Source of the DNA: Octopus bimaculoides
Taxonomy: Eukaryota
Reading direction: 5' to 3'
NCBI RefSeq assembly: GCF_001194135.2
Contig: NC_068981.1
Location: 190,849,555-190,913,554, forward strand
Length of the DNA: 64,000 nucleotides
Shown: positions 24,881 to 36,740 of the stretch, one piece after another
How positions within the stretch are numbered: position 1 is the first letter of the stretch
Layout of the letters: the number at the start of each line of letters is the position of its first letter
Translations under genes and position numbers: made by a program
Notes under the pieces: model-generated
What the model was told of the DNA's origin: nothing
Databases searched by the model: none
Seen by the model: only the letters and a program-made list of their open reading frames with translations

Positions 24881-25113
24881 CAGAGATTGCAAAAGTAGGT
24901 ATACAGTAAGTATCCCTATCAATGTTATAATACTTAATTTAAAACTATTGGCATATTAAATTAGTTAGCCTCATTTTTGATTATTAATTATAATAAAATA
25001 TTTATAACTATAATACACTTTTATTGTAATTTTTAATTTTTTTGATAAAAATAAATGAGTATTGTACATATTTTCTTTATTCATAACTGTATACTTACTT
25101 TTGCACCACCCTG
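24881..25113. mobile_element. Tc1/mariner MITE with CAGGGTG-type ends
   Basis: TA-CAGAGATTGCAAAAGTAGGTATACAGT ... ACTGTATACTTACTTTTGCACCACCCTG-TA. Confidence 0.8.
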
Positions 25114-25834
25114 TATATGAATGTTTGTTCACATCTTGTCTTAGCATTGCACACTCACTGTAAACAAATGTCAATACATCTGCATCATACAAGCTGTAAT
25201 GTTTGTTTGCAGTGTTTGGCAGAAACATGCCCGACCATGGTGCTGTTTGTGTTCCACTTGGAGAAATATTACCTTGTTAGGAGATTGGTGAGGGTTGGTG
25301 AAGGTGAGAGCATCTGGTTGTAAACAGTCGACTTGAAAAGATTCATATGGAAAAATAGACATTGAAATAAATATATAAATGTAAATGGAATTATAAGCCT
25401 CCATCATATATTGACCATAGAAAATAGTCTAATATTAGAGCCATGTTAATATGAGCCCATGTTACAGAAAAAATGGGCGTTAGTACATGTGGGAATCAAA
25501 CTCACACCTCTTATTTTCATAATAAATGTGCTTATGTATATGGATGATGAATATTAAAATGATATTCGCCAACACTACTCCTAATTTTCTCCCCTCCATA
25601 CACATGCAAGCATGTATCTGACTCATACACCGTTCACTCTCCAGACATTTGTACAATACTGCATATGCTTTATGCACACTTTTGACAAGTTGTAGTGCAC
25701 CTGACCACTGTATACAATAATTTTATTATTAGTATTATCATTTTATCAGCATCATTTATACGTCTGTCTTCCATACTGGCATGGGTTGGATGGGCTGTTG
25801 TGCCCTTTCTAACACCTTTAGTTTATAGCTCACC

Positions 25835-26378
25835 TTATAGCTGTCCATCAATTTTGATGATGACGTTGCCCTCTGGGAGTTTTATCCTACCTTTTGTGAG
25901 TTGGTAGATGTGAAAACAGTTCGACCCTAGAATGGCATATCCTTGAACACAGATGATAAGGGCAGTTGTCCATTATGTTGTTGGTGAGTCTGTTATGACA
26001 TTGTTCATCACTTTTCCTCAAGCTTCACACAACAGATTAGTTCAAAGTGTGCAGCTCCTTCATCGCAGAGGGAGCACCAGATTCTGAGCAAAGTGTTCAA
26101 GCTGTGCCAGTTGCTATGTTTCAAAAGTTGAGGACAAGCTTAAGATGGCCCCTGAATCTCTTCTTAGCTCCCCTATGAGAATGAACATCCATTGATAGTT
26201 CTCTGAAGAACACCATTTCCAGGAGACAATTATCGGGCATCCTGATAACATGGCTGATCCATCTTAGAAGACAGCATTGGATGATGGCTTCAACACTGGA
26301 GATTCCTGCTTGCTGGAGAATTTCTCTGTAGGGGACCTTATCGTTCCAAGTAATGCATAAAATTCATTGGAGACCCTA
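25835..26378 (-). mobile_element. RTE (BovB-like) LINE 3' fragment
   Basis: Minus translation ILCITWNDKVPYREILQQAGISSVEAIIQCCLLRWISHVIRMPDN...RGAKKRFRGHLK and C-terminal CPYHLCSRICHSRVELFSHLPTHKR* (stop at 25887); ends GTCATCATCAAAATTGATGGACAGC. Confidence 0.9.
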
Positions 26379-27419
26379 AAAAGTATACTGAGTATTTCTT
26401 CATTTTTTCTTTGTGACACCATCTCCAGAGAGCATAGGAGTAGATGTGACAGAGAGTGGTGGATATGTGTGTATGTGTGTGTGTGTGTGTATTCATGTTT
26501 AGTGTTTGTAACTTGATTGTAAAGTATTCAGCTAGTCTGTTTTAAAAGTGAAAGAATTTGTCAGAATACATGGTCGTGTTTAATTTTGTATCTCAAGCTA
26601 GCGTGTGGGCTCACCTTAACACGATAGTAGACTCCTTCTAGCAAAGTTATGTATTATAGGGTCTCCAGTGTAGGCATTGAGGTCCATACAATACATAACT
26701 ACAGGATACATAAATCAGTGTAAGGCCCCTAAAGTGCCTGCTTATCCCATGCCTCAGATGGTATTACTGCTAAGTGCAAAACCTTCTGAGAAGTATCTTT
26801 ATATTTAGCCCTTTAAGGGTCACTAAAGGTGTCTGAGCAGTATCTAGAGTATTATACTAAATAAACAGTTGTTTACTTAAACAAAAACCTCTCTGTCTAA
26901 GAAACTAATATTTTCACAGACAATTTGTGACCTAACCATCAGAAAATTGGTTTGTTGCCTATGTTCTTTGACAATGTTACTATTGAAGAGAGTTAATTTA
27001 TCTTCCATAATATTTATTTTCTTGTTTTTACAACTCAATGAACACACTTCAAATAACAATTATATATTATTTTATTTATTTCCTGTGTGCTTTAGAAATA
27101 TTTTCTCTCACACACACACACACACACACATTCTCCCCCCCACATCCTTTTCTCTCTTGATTATAAAACCTAGAAGAGGAAACATTTAATTGTCATCATT
27201 ATCATCATCATTTAACATCCGTTTTCTATGCTGGCATGGGTTGGATGGTTTGACAATGAACCCTCAAGCCTGAGAGCTGCACCAGGTTCCAATTGTCTGT
27301 TTTGGCATGGTTTCTACAGCTGGATGCCCTTCCTAATGCCAACCACTTTACAGAGAGTACTGGGTGCTTTTTCATGTGGCATCAGCACGTGTGATTTTTA
27401 CATGATGCCAGCACCTAAG

Positions 27420-27840
27420 AGTAGATGTTGGCTCCCCAGCCATATTCTTTTCTGTTCAGTCCCACTGCATGTCACTTTGAGCAAGTGTATTTTACTAAAG
27501 CTCTGGGCTGAGTGCACTTGATACAAAGAAACTGAAAGAAGCACATTGTGTGTGTGCATGTGTATGTGTGTGTGTGTGTGTCTCGTCTTGACATCATGGC
27601 ATTGTTATAAATGAACATCATTATGTAAACAGGGGCCCTCAATTCCAGGCTTCCATAAAAATATGTCTGGCCATGGGTTAACGTTACCATACATGGAAAC
27701 AGGTGAAGGTTGGCAACAGAAAAGATATCCTGCTGTAGAGAATCAGCCTTAGCAGTTTCCGTCTGACCCATGCAGGCATGTAGAGTAGATGCTAAAACCA
27801 GTCGTGATGTTAGTGATGATGGTGCTGGTGGTGGTGGTGG
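27420..27840 (+). mobile_element. SINE A head with RTE-type tail (an inverted RTE tail abuts at about 27190-27420)
   Basis: TTCAGTCCCACTGCATGTCACTTTGAGCAAG...GAAGGTTGGCAACAGAAAAGATATCCTGCTGTAG...CCCATGCAGGCATG. Confidence 0.6.
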
Positions 27841-27884
27841 TGGTGGTGGTGGTGGAAGGAAGGAAGGGAGAGGGTAGTTAGTCA

Positions 27885-28170
27885 TGATTTCTGCAGCCTG
27901 CCTAAGACTGATGAGGTTAATGTTGATTTATCTATTGAACTACAGGAAGTCAGTGCCTGCAGGAATTGGGGGATGGCTGATGAGATAATTCTATGGGGTT
28001 GACCTCTCGAGAAGAAACAATTATGGAAAATACTTAATATATGGGCAGTGGATGAGGGATGTGTAGGGAGACAGTATGAGGTAGGAAGAAGAAACACGAA
28101 TGTATCGGGTGATGTTGAGTTGGAGGTCTTATGTAAACTGCTAGATCTGATGAGTAAGGGGTCATTGTAG
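27885..28170 (-). mobile_element. Possible Penelope-like RT/thumb remnant
   Basis: Minus frames give VYIRPPTQHHPIHSCFFFLPHT and FFSRGQPHRIISSAI, resembling PLE VYxKPT..HxxHP.HT and RGYPxxII motifs; heavily decayed. Confidence 0.35.
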
Positions 28171-28439
28171 TACTTTCAACCAGTAATTATCATAATTATG
28201 CTTAGGAATTTTTCCATAAAAGTATATTGAATGAACATGATTTTATTCAATGGCTATCATGAGATTCAAGACAGTCGAACAATCTGAATCAACTGTTTTA
28301 GTGGAATAAATTCATCAGAAATGATCAGTGTCCAAGTGTGAAACTTTGTGAAGTGAAAAGTGTTTTCTTGCTCAAAGTAATATATACATATATATACTTG
28401 GAAGAAGATGCATGGCGTTCAATCATATAATAATATATA

Positions 28440-28442
<3 letters not shown>

Positions 28443-28509
<67 letters not shown>
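28443..28509. repeat. (TA)n microsatellite
   Basis: Pure run. Confidence 0.97.
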
Positions 28510-28513
<4 letters not shown>

Positions 28514-28984
28514 TATATACATACGTTTATGTACATACTTACATCTATACATCATCATATGCAATTAACCATCTTTCTTCCTTTCTCTCCATTGTAGCTG
28601 GAACAAGGAAGATGTGTTCTTGTTTGTCTCCTGTCCTAACTTGATTTACGCATTTGTTTTCACTGCCCTGTTTGTGTTACCTATTTTGGCTCTCCGCAAA
28701 ATCCCAAATTTTATTTAATTTGCTTTGCAGGAGCAACATTGGAGCCTAGTGCAGCCATTTGCTTTCCAGACCTCAGTCAAACTGTCCAACCCATGCCAGC
28801 ATGGAAAATGGACGTTAAACGATGATGATGATATATATATGTGTATATATAGAGAATCTAAATAAGTAACAAGGATGTTACTTACTTTACATTCTGTTCA
28901 CTTAACTTGGAGCTGTGCAGACTATACCGAACTGGCTTGGTGCCTCAATTGAAGTACCTAATTCAACTGAATCTTAATTATATA

Positions 28985-29130
28985 TAGGAGTGGCTGTGTG
29001 GTAATAAGCTTGCTTCCCAACCACATGGTTCTGGGTTCAGTCCCACTGCGTGGCACCTTGGGCAAGTGTCTTCTACTCTAGCCTCGGGCCGACCAAAGTC
29101 TTGTGAATGGATTTGGTAGATGGAAACTGG
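28985..29130 (+). mobile_element. SINE A head, 3' truncated
   Basis: GGAGTGGCTGTGTGGTAATAAGC...GGATTTGGTAGATGGAAACTG. Confidence 0.88.
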
Positions 29131-29169
29131 TATACATATGATGCCTGATTGCAACAAGTGGTAAATGGA

Positions 29170-29420
29170 CTGTGCAGGCACACTACTTGAGACTTACATT
29201 TTCGAAATGTAACCACATGTGAATTGCTGGCAATTCTTTTTTTTCCTCCGTTTTCCTTTACTATTGGACTTTCCTCTGTTTCTGAAGAAGACTTTTGCTC
29301 ATAACATTAAACCATCTTTCTTTCGTTTCCTGAGCATCTGCTAATACTTTACATGCACCACATCATCGTGTTGTTGTTGTTCTGTGTTTATTCTTCATTT
29401 CTTTTGGATTTTATATATAT
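29170..29420 (+). mobile_element. Probable Penelope-like terminal remnant
   Basis: CTGAAGAAGACTTTTGCTCATAACATTAAA at 29282-29311, then TTTCCTGAGCATCTGCTAATAC, similar to the 24.2 kb remnant. Confidence 0.4.
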
Positions 29421-29424
29421 ATAT

Positions 29425-29672
29425 AGACTCCTGTGCAGGCGGCACATAAGAAACACCATGTGAGCTTGGCCGTTGCCAGTACCGCCGAACTGGCACGTAA
29501 AAAGCACCCACTATACTCTCAGAGTGGTTGGCGTTAGGAAGGGCATCCAGCTGTAGAAACTCTGCCAGACCACATTGGAGTCTGATGTAGCCATCTGGTT
29601 CGCCAGTCTCCAGTCAAATTGTCTAACCCAAGCTAGCATGGAAAGCGGACGTTAAATGATGATGATGATGAT
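29425..29672 (+). mobile_element. RTE 3' UTR fragment with a (GAT)n tail
   Basis: CTCCTGTGCAGGCGGCAC...GGCGTTAGGAAGGGCATCCAGCTGTAG...GCATGGAAAGCGGACGTTAAATGATGATG. Confidence 0.85.
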
Positions 29673-29723
29673 ATATATATATACATAGAGAGAGAGAGAG
29701 TGAGTCAGAGAGAGATGTATATA

Positions 29724-29758
<35 letters not shown>

Positions 29759-30714
29759 CAAATATTTAACACAGATTATTTTCTGATAATTAGTGGTTGT
29801 GTTTTAGAGTTTCTGGCTATTAATTGACATTGCTTTATAGCTGTATAACTTTAATTAAAACCCTTTCATTGCTTGTTCACGCTCCTGTGAGATGGCTAAT
29901 TTAGCATTGAAAACCCACTTAGTTGCATATAGAAGCTCTCTGTTACATAATTCTTATAGAAGAAATATAAGAAAGCACCAGAAGGGTTGGAAGAAAACCA
30001 TTCTTTCAAATTTCTGTCTTTTTCCTAGCTGCTTCCTTGTGTTCATGAACTTCACTCTTTGTTACTAAGGGACCCTCCCCGTTGTTGTTCAACATGCTAG
30101 AAATAGCAGCCAAATCTTCCCCAAATCATATATCTACCATCTTAAGTAGGGGAAAGAACCATTTGATAGTATATTCCTATAAAGAAAGATGAGTTGGTCA
30201 TGGGAGGAATGCCTTTGATTATAAGGTCTTCTTCATCAGCATTAACCTAGGAATAAACAATAGGCTTCATAGTCTTCGGCTTGTAAAGTCTTTAAATATC
30301 TTACTATCTTTTATTTGTTTCAGTCATTAGATTTTGGCCATGCTGGAGCACTGCCTTGAGGAATTTTTAGTATTTTTTTGTTTGTTTATAAACCTGGTAC
30401 TTGTTCTCTTAGTTTCTTTTGCTGAACCGGTAAGTTATGAGGACATAAACACACCAACACCAGTTGTCAAATGGTAGTGGGGAACAAACGCACATATGCA
30501 CACACAATACACACACACTCACACACACACACACACACACACACTCAATGCACACACACACTCACACACACACACAACACAGACGCACACACAACACACA
30601 CACAACATACACACAAACACACAACACATACACAGTCAAACTATTCAACCCATGCCAGCATGGAAAGCAGACATTAAATGATGATGATCATCATCATATA
30701 TATATATCACATAG

Positions 30715-30968
30715 TCATGTGACCAACCAGGCTGTCAGATGTTGTTACACACCGCAGGTTACAGTGCGCTTTTTGCATTGTTTTAACCTCCAAATGCTGC
30801 CACCTCACTGGCAAGGCCAACTTCCCCCTCCTGATCAAAAACGGGATTGGAGCAATGTGAAATGAAGAGTTTTGCTCAAGAAAATGATGCACTGCCCAGC
30901 TTGGGAATCAAACCCATGACCTAGTGATTGTGAGTGCATCAGCCTAACCACTAGGCCATGTACCTTCA
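30715..30968 (-). mobile_element. tRNA-derived SINE of a further family
   Basis: Minus strand A box TGGCCTAGTGG and B-box-like GGGTTTGATTCCC, then TTGAGCAAAACTCTTCATTTCACATTGCTCC. Confidence 0.65.
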
Positions 30969-31007
30969 TATATATGCATATAGAATATATAATATCTTTA
31001 TGTGTTC

Positions 31008-31437
31008 AAGGCAGCGAGCTGGCAGAAACGTTAGCACGCCAGGCAAAATGCTTAGCGGTATTTCATCTGTCTTTACATTCTGAGTTCAAATTCCACCAAG
31101 GTCGACTTTGCCTTTCATCCTTTCAGGGTTGATAAATTAAGTACCAGTTACACACTGGGATCAATATAATTGACTTAATCCCTTTGTCTGTCCTTGTTTG
31201 TCCCCTTTATGTTTAGCCCCTTATGGGCAATAAAGAAATAAGAAACGTTAGCACGCCATGTGAAATGCTTAGCAGTATTTTGTCTGTCTTTACATTCTGA
31301 GTTCAAATTCCGCCAAGGTCAACTTTGCCTTTCATCCTTTCGGGATCAATAAATTAAGTACCAATTGCATACTGGGTTCAATCTAATCGACTGGCCCCCT
31401 CCCCAAAATTTTCGGACCTTGTGCCTAGTGTAAGAAT
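31008..31437 (+). mobile_element. SINE family C dimer, complete
   Basis: Unit 1 ends GGGCAATAAAGAAATAAG; unit 2 restarts AAACGTTAGCACGCC and ends CCTTGTGCCTAG. Confidence 0.88.
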
Positions 31438-32196
31438 ATTTTTATATATTTTGTAAACCACCATTTAACAACATATATATTCCTGCTGCTTTAGAAAAGT
31501 TGTAGTGTATAACAACTATCTCACTCATTATTTTACAATAATTTTATCAATATTCTACATTTATCCATCTATTTTGCCACTGTCATTTAGGTTATCAACA
31601 AATAACTCCAACACATCTAGTTTATAAGGTGTGTGGCTGGCTCACCATTTGGATCATGTGTCACTTTTCAATTACACTGTAAATTCATCTTAATTAGAGG
31701 CAATGTATATAATGTCCATAATGTTTGATTATGAAGATGATAATTATTACAGATATTGACATAATCAATTATGATATGCAGATAAATTTTACACTGGTTG
31801 TAATATTAACTTCTTCCATTAGAAGACATGTATCTCTAGTATCTCAGTTACAGACTACTTAATTAACTTTTCTACTTTTAAAAAGAGAAATCAATGTGAT
31901 TATATTTATTTTGATAGACTAATATAGATTGAACATGTTTATTAACAGCAAAATGTAATGTCATCACGCTCTCCTCCCTACTGTTTATATGATGCTGAGA
32001 GAATATTAAAATATATAACATATCTGTATTGACTTCTCTGCTTGTATATGTTGCTTGATTGGGGCCAAGGGCCTCAAGCATTCAACTTCTATTTGGTAGT
32101 TTCATTGTTGTTGTTATCATGTAATCTCAGATAGTTTAGCGTAACGTCAGAAAGATTGGTAACCAAATTATGTGTTTGTGAAATACACACATGTAC

Positions 32197-33700
32197 AGGA
32201 GTGGCTGTGTGGTAAGTAGCTTGCTTGCCAACCACATCGTTCCAGGTTCAGTCCCACTGTGTGGCACGTTGGGCAAGTGTCTTCTACTATAGCCTCAGTC
32301 TGACAAAAGCCTTGTGAATGGATTTGGTAGACGAAAACTGAAAGAAGCCCGTCGTGTATATATATATATATATATATATATCATCATCATCATCGTCATC
32401 ATCATCGTTTAACGTCTGCTTTCCATGCTAGCATGGGTTGGACGATTTGACTAAGGACTGGTGAAACCAGATGGCAACACCAGGCTCCAATCTAATTTGG
32501 CAGAGTTTCTACAGCTGGATGCCCTTCCTAACGCCAACCACTCAGAGAGTGTAGTGAGTGCTTTTACGTGTCATCCGCATGAAGGCCAGTCAGGCGGTAC
32601 TGGCAACGGCCACGCTCNNNNNNNNNNNNNNNNNNNNNNNNNNNNNNNNNNNNNNNNNNNNNNNNNNNNNNNNNNNNNNNNNNNNNNNNNNNNNNNNNNN
32701 NNNNNNNNNNNNNNNNNNNNNNNNNNNNNNNNNNNNNNNNNNNNNNNNNNNNNNNNNNNNNNNNNNNNNNNNNNNNNNNNNNNNNNNNNNNNNNNNNNNN
32801 NNNNNNNNNNNNNNNNNNNNNNNNNNNNNNNNNNNNNNNNNNNNNNNNNNNNNNNNNNNNNNNNNNNNNNNNNNNNNNNNNNNNNNNNNNNNNNNNNNNN
32901 NNNNNNNNNNNNNNNNNNNNNNNNNNNNNNNNNNNNNNNNNNNNNNNNNNNNNNNNNNNNNNNNNNNNNNNNNNNNNNNNNNNNNNNNNNNNNNNNNNNN
33001 NNNNNNNNNNNNNNNNNNNNNNNNNNNNNNNNNNNNNNNNNNNNNNNNNNNNNNNNNNNNNNNNNNNNNNNNNNNNNNNNNNNNNNNNNNNNNNNNNNNN
33101 NNNNNNNNNNNNNNNNNNNNNNNNNNNNNNNNNNNNNNNNNNNCTTACGTATGTCCTCAGCAGTCACAGCCCACGTTTCACTGCCATGTAGCATGGTTGT
33201 TCGTACACATGCGTCATACAGTCTGCCTTTTACTCTGAGTGAGAGTCCCTTTGTCGCCAGCAGAGGTAAGAGCTCTCTAAACTTTGCCCAGGCTATTTTT
33301 ATTCTAGCAGCTACACTTTCAGCGCACCTGCCCCCACTACTAACTTGGTCACCCAGATAGCGGAAGCTATCGACTACCTCTAGTTTTTCACCCTGGAATG
33401 AGATAGAAGTTGTTTCCTGTTTGTTTACAGTCTTTATTGCACCTGAACATCTGCCATATACAAAAACTAACTTCGTAGTTAATCAGTGTGTGTATGTTTG
33501 CGTGTCTGTGTTTGTCCCCCCACCATCGCTTGACAACCGGTGCTGGTGTGTTTACGTCCCCGTAACTTAGCAGTTTGGCAGAGACCAATAGAATAAGTAC
33601 CAGGCTTACAAAGAATAAGTTGTGGAGTTGATTTGTTCAACTAAAGGTGGTACTCCAGCATGGCCACAGTCAAATGACTGAAACAAATAAAAAGTAAAAA
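32197..33700 (+). mobile_element. SINE family A split by an RTE LINE insertion
   Basis: Head at 32197-32357; tail half resumes at about 33486 with GTGTCTGTGTTTGTCCCCCCACCATCGCTTGACAACC. Confidence 0.85.
32381..33482 (-). mobile_element. 5'-truncated RTE-clade LINE (RT C-terminal part, gap, 3' UTR, (GAT)n tail)
   Basis: Stop-free frame 33482-33144: ...GEKLEVVDSFRYLGDQVSSGG...RIKIAWAKFRELLPLL...LYDACVRTTMLHGSETWAVTAEDIRK; N-gap at 32618-33143. Confidence 0.92.
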
Positions 33701-35171
33701 AAGAATTATATATTTTTTCTTCACTCATTTATTACTGTTATTTCATTATTTTAACACCTGTCCATTGTCTGGAAATCTTTTGTCACACATCTGTGACCTC
33801 TTCAGCAACACCTTTCATTTTCGTGTGTGTTCTTGATCCACTTACTCCATTCTGTTCTTCTTTTGTGTGTGTGTGTTCATGTGTGTGTGTATGCTTGTGT
33901 GAGTGTCATAGTTTTAGCAATAGTATGGCCTTCCCCTCAGCCCCATCCTCACACCCCATTGTGCTGCTACTGTCCTAAGACCCGAAAAAAATATCTGGTA
34001 CAGTTCTTGTATTCCTCTGTGTATGTGTGTTCACCCATGGTGTTTCCATCATGGTAGTTGTTTTTGTTATTGCCATCTTTGGCACTGCCGCTGGTACTGA
34101 CCATGTTAGCTGTGTTGTTGACATTGTTATGGCCGTCCGTGAAGTTTCATGTGTGTGTGTATGGGTTTGCTTTGTATGTATCCATGCCCTTTATATATAG
34201 AAATATATATAGTAGGCTTATATACCATTTCTAGTTTACTAGAGTCCAGTGTCTATAGAAGACCTTTATCCAATATACTGCTGCCAGTAGCTTCAAACCA
34301 AGAACTTACATGTCTACATATTGAAATTCCTGACTGCTGTGCTTTGTTAGAGTTAGCTGTAGTTCTTTATGGCAAAATATCTGAATCACGTAATATTAAA
34401 AGAAATAATATTCTATTTGTAATCTCAGTTATACATCTCAAAATTAACTGATGTATATTAAGCTATATATTTGGTGTTATTGCAACTTCCTGTCATATGA
34501 TATTGATTATTATTATCATTATACAATACTAATGATTTAACTACTCAATCAAACCTGCACTTATAATATTTCAATTAATATAATTAATATTTATTCTTAT
34601 TATTCTGGCTTGGATGGATCTGTAATACACCATATTTCTAAGCACTTGAAATATCTCTGTGAAGACAGGATTTCTAAATCTTTGTCTAATTAACTCATTT
34701 CAAGTCTTCCACGGTTGACTTCTATGTTCTCACTGCATGTATTTCTACTACCAAATCAAACCACTTAGTCTTCTAATTTTCATTCACCATTTATATTAAA
34801 TATCATACTGATTTAAGTAATTTCCTTTTGATACGACAACTAATGTGATTATCCAGTTTCACTTCATTTATAATTCGACTGTATCTCCTCACATCTTATA
34901 TTTAACACAGACATGTTGTACCCCTCTCTCTACTTTAAAATCTCTGACAGACCTTTGACCTTGCAGCTCTGCGTCGAACTAAACAAAATTATCATAGGGC
35001 ATTCATGCATTCAAATATTACGGTAATATGAGCTACGAATATAAAACAAAAACAATAAATAAAACTAATGTAAAATAATCAACCAGGAAATAAATATCCA
35101 CTGATATAATGTATCACAAGCTCACGTGTGTGTGTATGTGTGTGTTTTATATATATACATAAAATATATGA

Positions 35172-36006
35172 GAATTTGTCAGAAGCCCTCCAAGAAAGTG
35201 AAACGACCCATGTTACATGACAAAAACAGTGAAGTTTGGGGGTAAAAGTCTGATGCTGTGGGGATACATAAAAAGTGATGGTTCAAGAAAGTTGGTTAAA
35301 ATTGATGGTAACTTGAATGGTGCCAAACACATCCAGTTGCTGAAGGACAATTTGATACCAGACTTGGATGAAGGTGAGATTTTTCAGCATGATGAGACTC
35401 CATGCTACAGATTGCATGCAACACAACAGAGTCTGGCTGATGAAGGTGTTACCGTATTGAAAGATTAACCAGCTCAGAGCCCTGACTTAAATATCATCAA
35501 GCAAATGTGGACAGAACTAAAGAGAAGAGTTCGTCAGAAGAATCCATGCAACTTTGAAGAGTTGTGGGAACTCAGCCAAGAGAATGGTATCTCATACCTG
35601 TGAAGATAGCGAAGGATTTGTATGCATTTCTTCTCAGGTACATTGAAGCAATTATTCAAGCAAAAGGAAGCCACACGAAATATTAACAATATACAGTAAC
35701 TTCTTGAAATGCACATTATGTAATAAATTTTCATTATAGACATTTTTCTGTTTTAAAACACTGTATCTTGATTGGTTTATATGAAGTGGCCGGAAACTTT
35801 TGCACTGCCATTTTTGGTGGTCACCTCGCATCTTCCTCTCTCGTTCAGAACCCCTACTCTACAAAATATAATGATTAGAAATAGAAATGACTCCAACAGG
35901 GCTAATGTTTCATCTGTAAAATATGGAATGAGAAACATCCACTTATAAGTTGGCAATTAGTAGAAATTTACAATTGTTTAAAGTAGTCAAAGACTTTTGC
36001 ACGTTA

Positions 36007-36009
<3 letters not shown>
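35172..36009 (+). mobile_element. Tc1-family transposase relic with DD35E spacing and a candidate right end
   Basis: KTVKFGGKSLMLWG...FQHD-35 aa-(K for E), KD*PAQSPDLNII; frameshifted C-terminus IEAIIQAKGSHTKY* (stop 35684-35686); end GACTTTTGCACGTTACTG-TA at 36009. Confidence 0.88.
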
Positions 36010-36069
<60 letters not shown>

Positions 36070-36343
36070 NNNNNNNNNNNNNNNNNNNNNNNNNNNNNNN
36101 NNNNNNNNNNNNNNNNNNNNNNNNNNNNNNNNNNNNNNNNNNNNNNNNNNNNNNNNNNNNNNNNNNNNNNNNNNNNNNNNNNNNNNNNNNNNNNNNNNNN
36201 NNNNNNNNNNNNNNNNNNNNNNNNNNNNNNNNNNNNNNNNNNNNNNNNNNNNNNNNNNNNNNNNNNNNNNNNNNNNNNNNNNNNNNNNNNNNNNNNNCTA
36301 CTTTAAACAATTGTAAATTTCTACTAATTGCCAACTTATAAGT

Positions 36344-36724
36344 GGAGGTGCAATGGCCCAGTGGTTAGGGCAGCGGACTTGCGGTCATAGGATCGCGGTT
36401 TCGATTCCCAGACCGGGCGTTGTGAGTGTTTATTGAGCGAAAACACCTAAAGCTCCACGAGGCTCCGGCAGGGGATGGTGGTGAACCCTGCTGTACTCTT
36501 TCACCACAACTTTCTCTCACTCTTACTTCCTGTTTCTGTTGTGCCTGTATTTCAAAGGGCCAGCCTTGTGACACTGTGTCACGCTGAATAACCCCGAGAA
36601 CTACGTTAAGAGTACACGTGTCTGTGGAGTGCTCAGCCACTTGCACGCTAATTTCACGAGCAGGCTGTTCCGTTGATCAGATCAACTGGAACCCTTGACG
36701 TCGTAAGCGACGGAGTGCCAACAA
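36344..36724 (+). mobile_element. tRNA-derived SINE family D, young and CpG-rich
   Basis: A box TGGCCCAGTGG, B box GGTTTCGATTCCC; 3' end GTCGTAAGCGACGGAGTGCCAACAA. Confidence 0.85.
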
Positions 36725-36740
36725 TATATATATATATAAG

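Noticed and set aside
36344-36420. tRNA-like sequence with strong A and B boxes
   Set aside because: It continues into a 300 bp SINE body and tail, so it is a SINE head rather than a tRNA gene.
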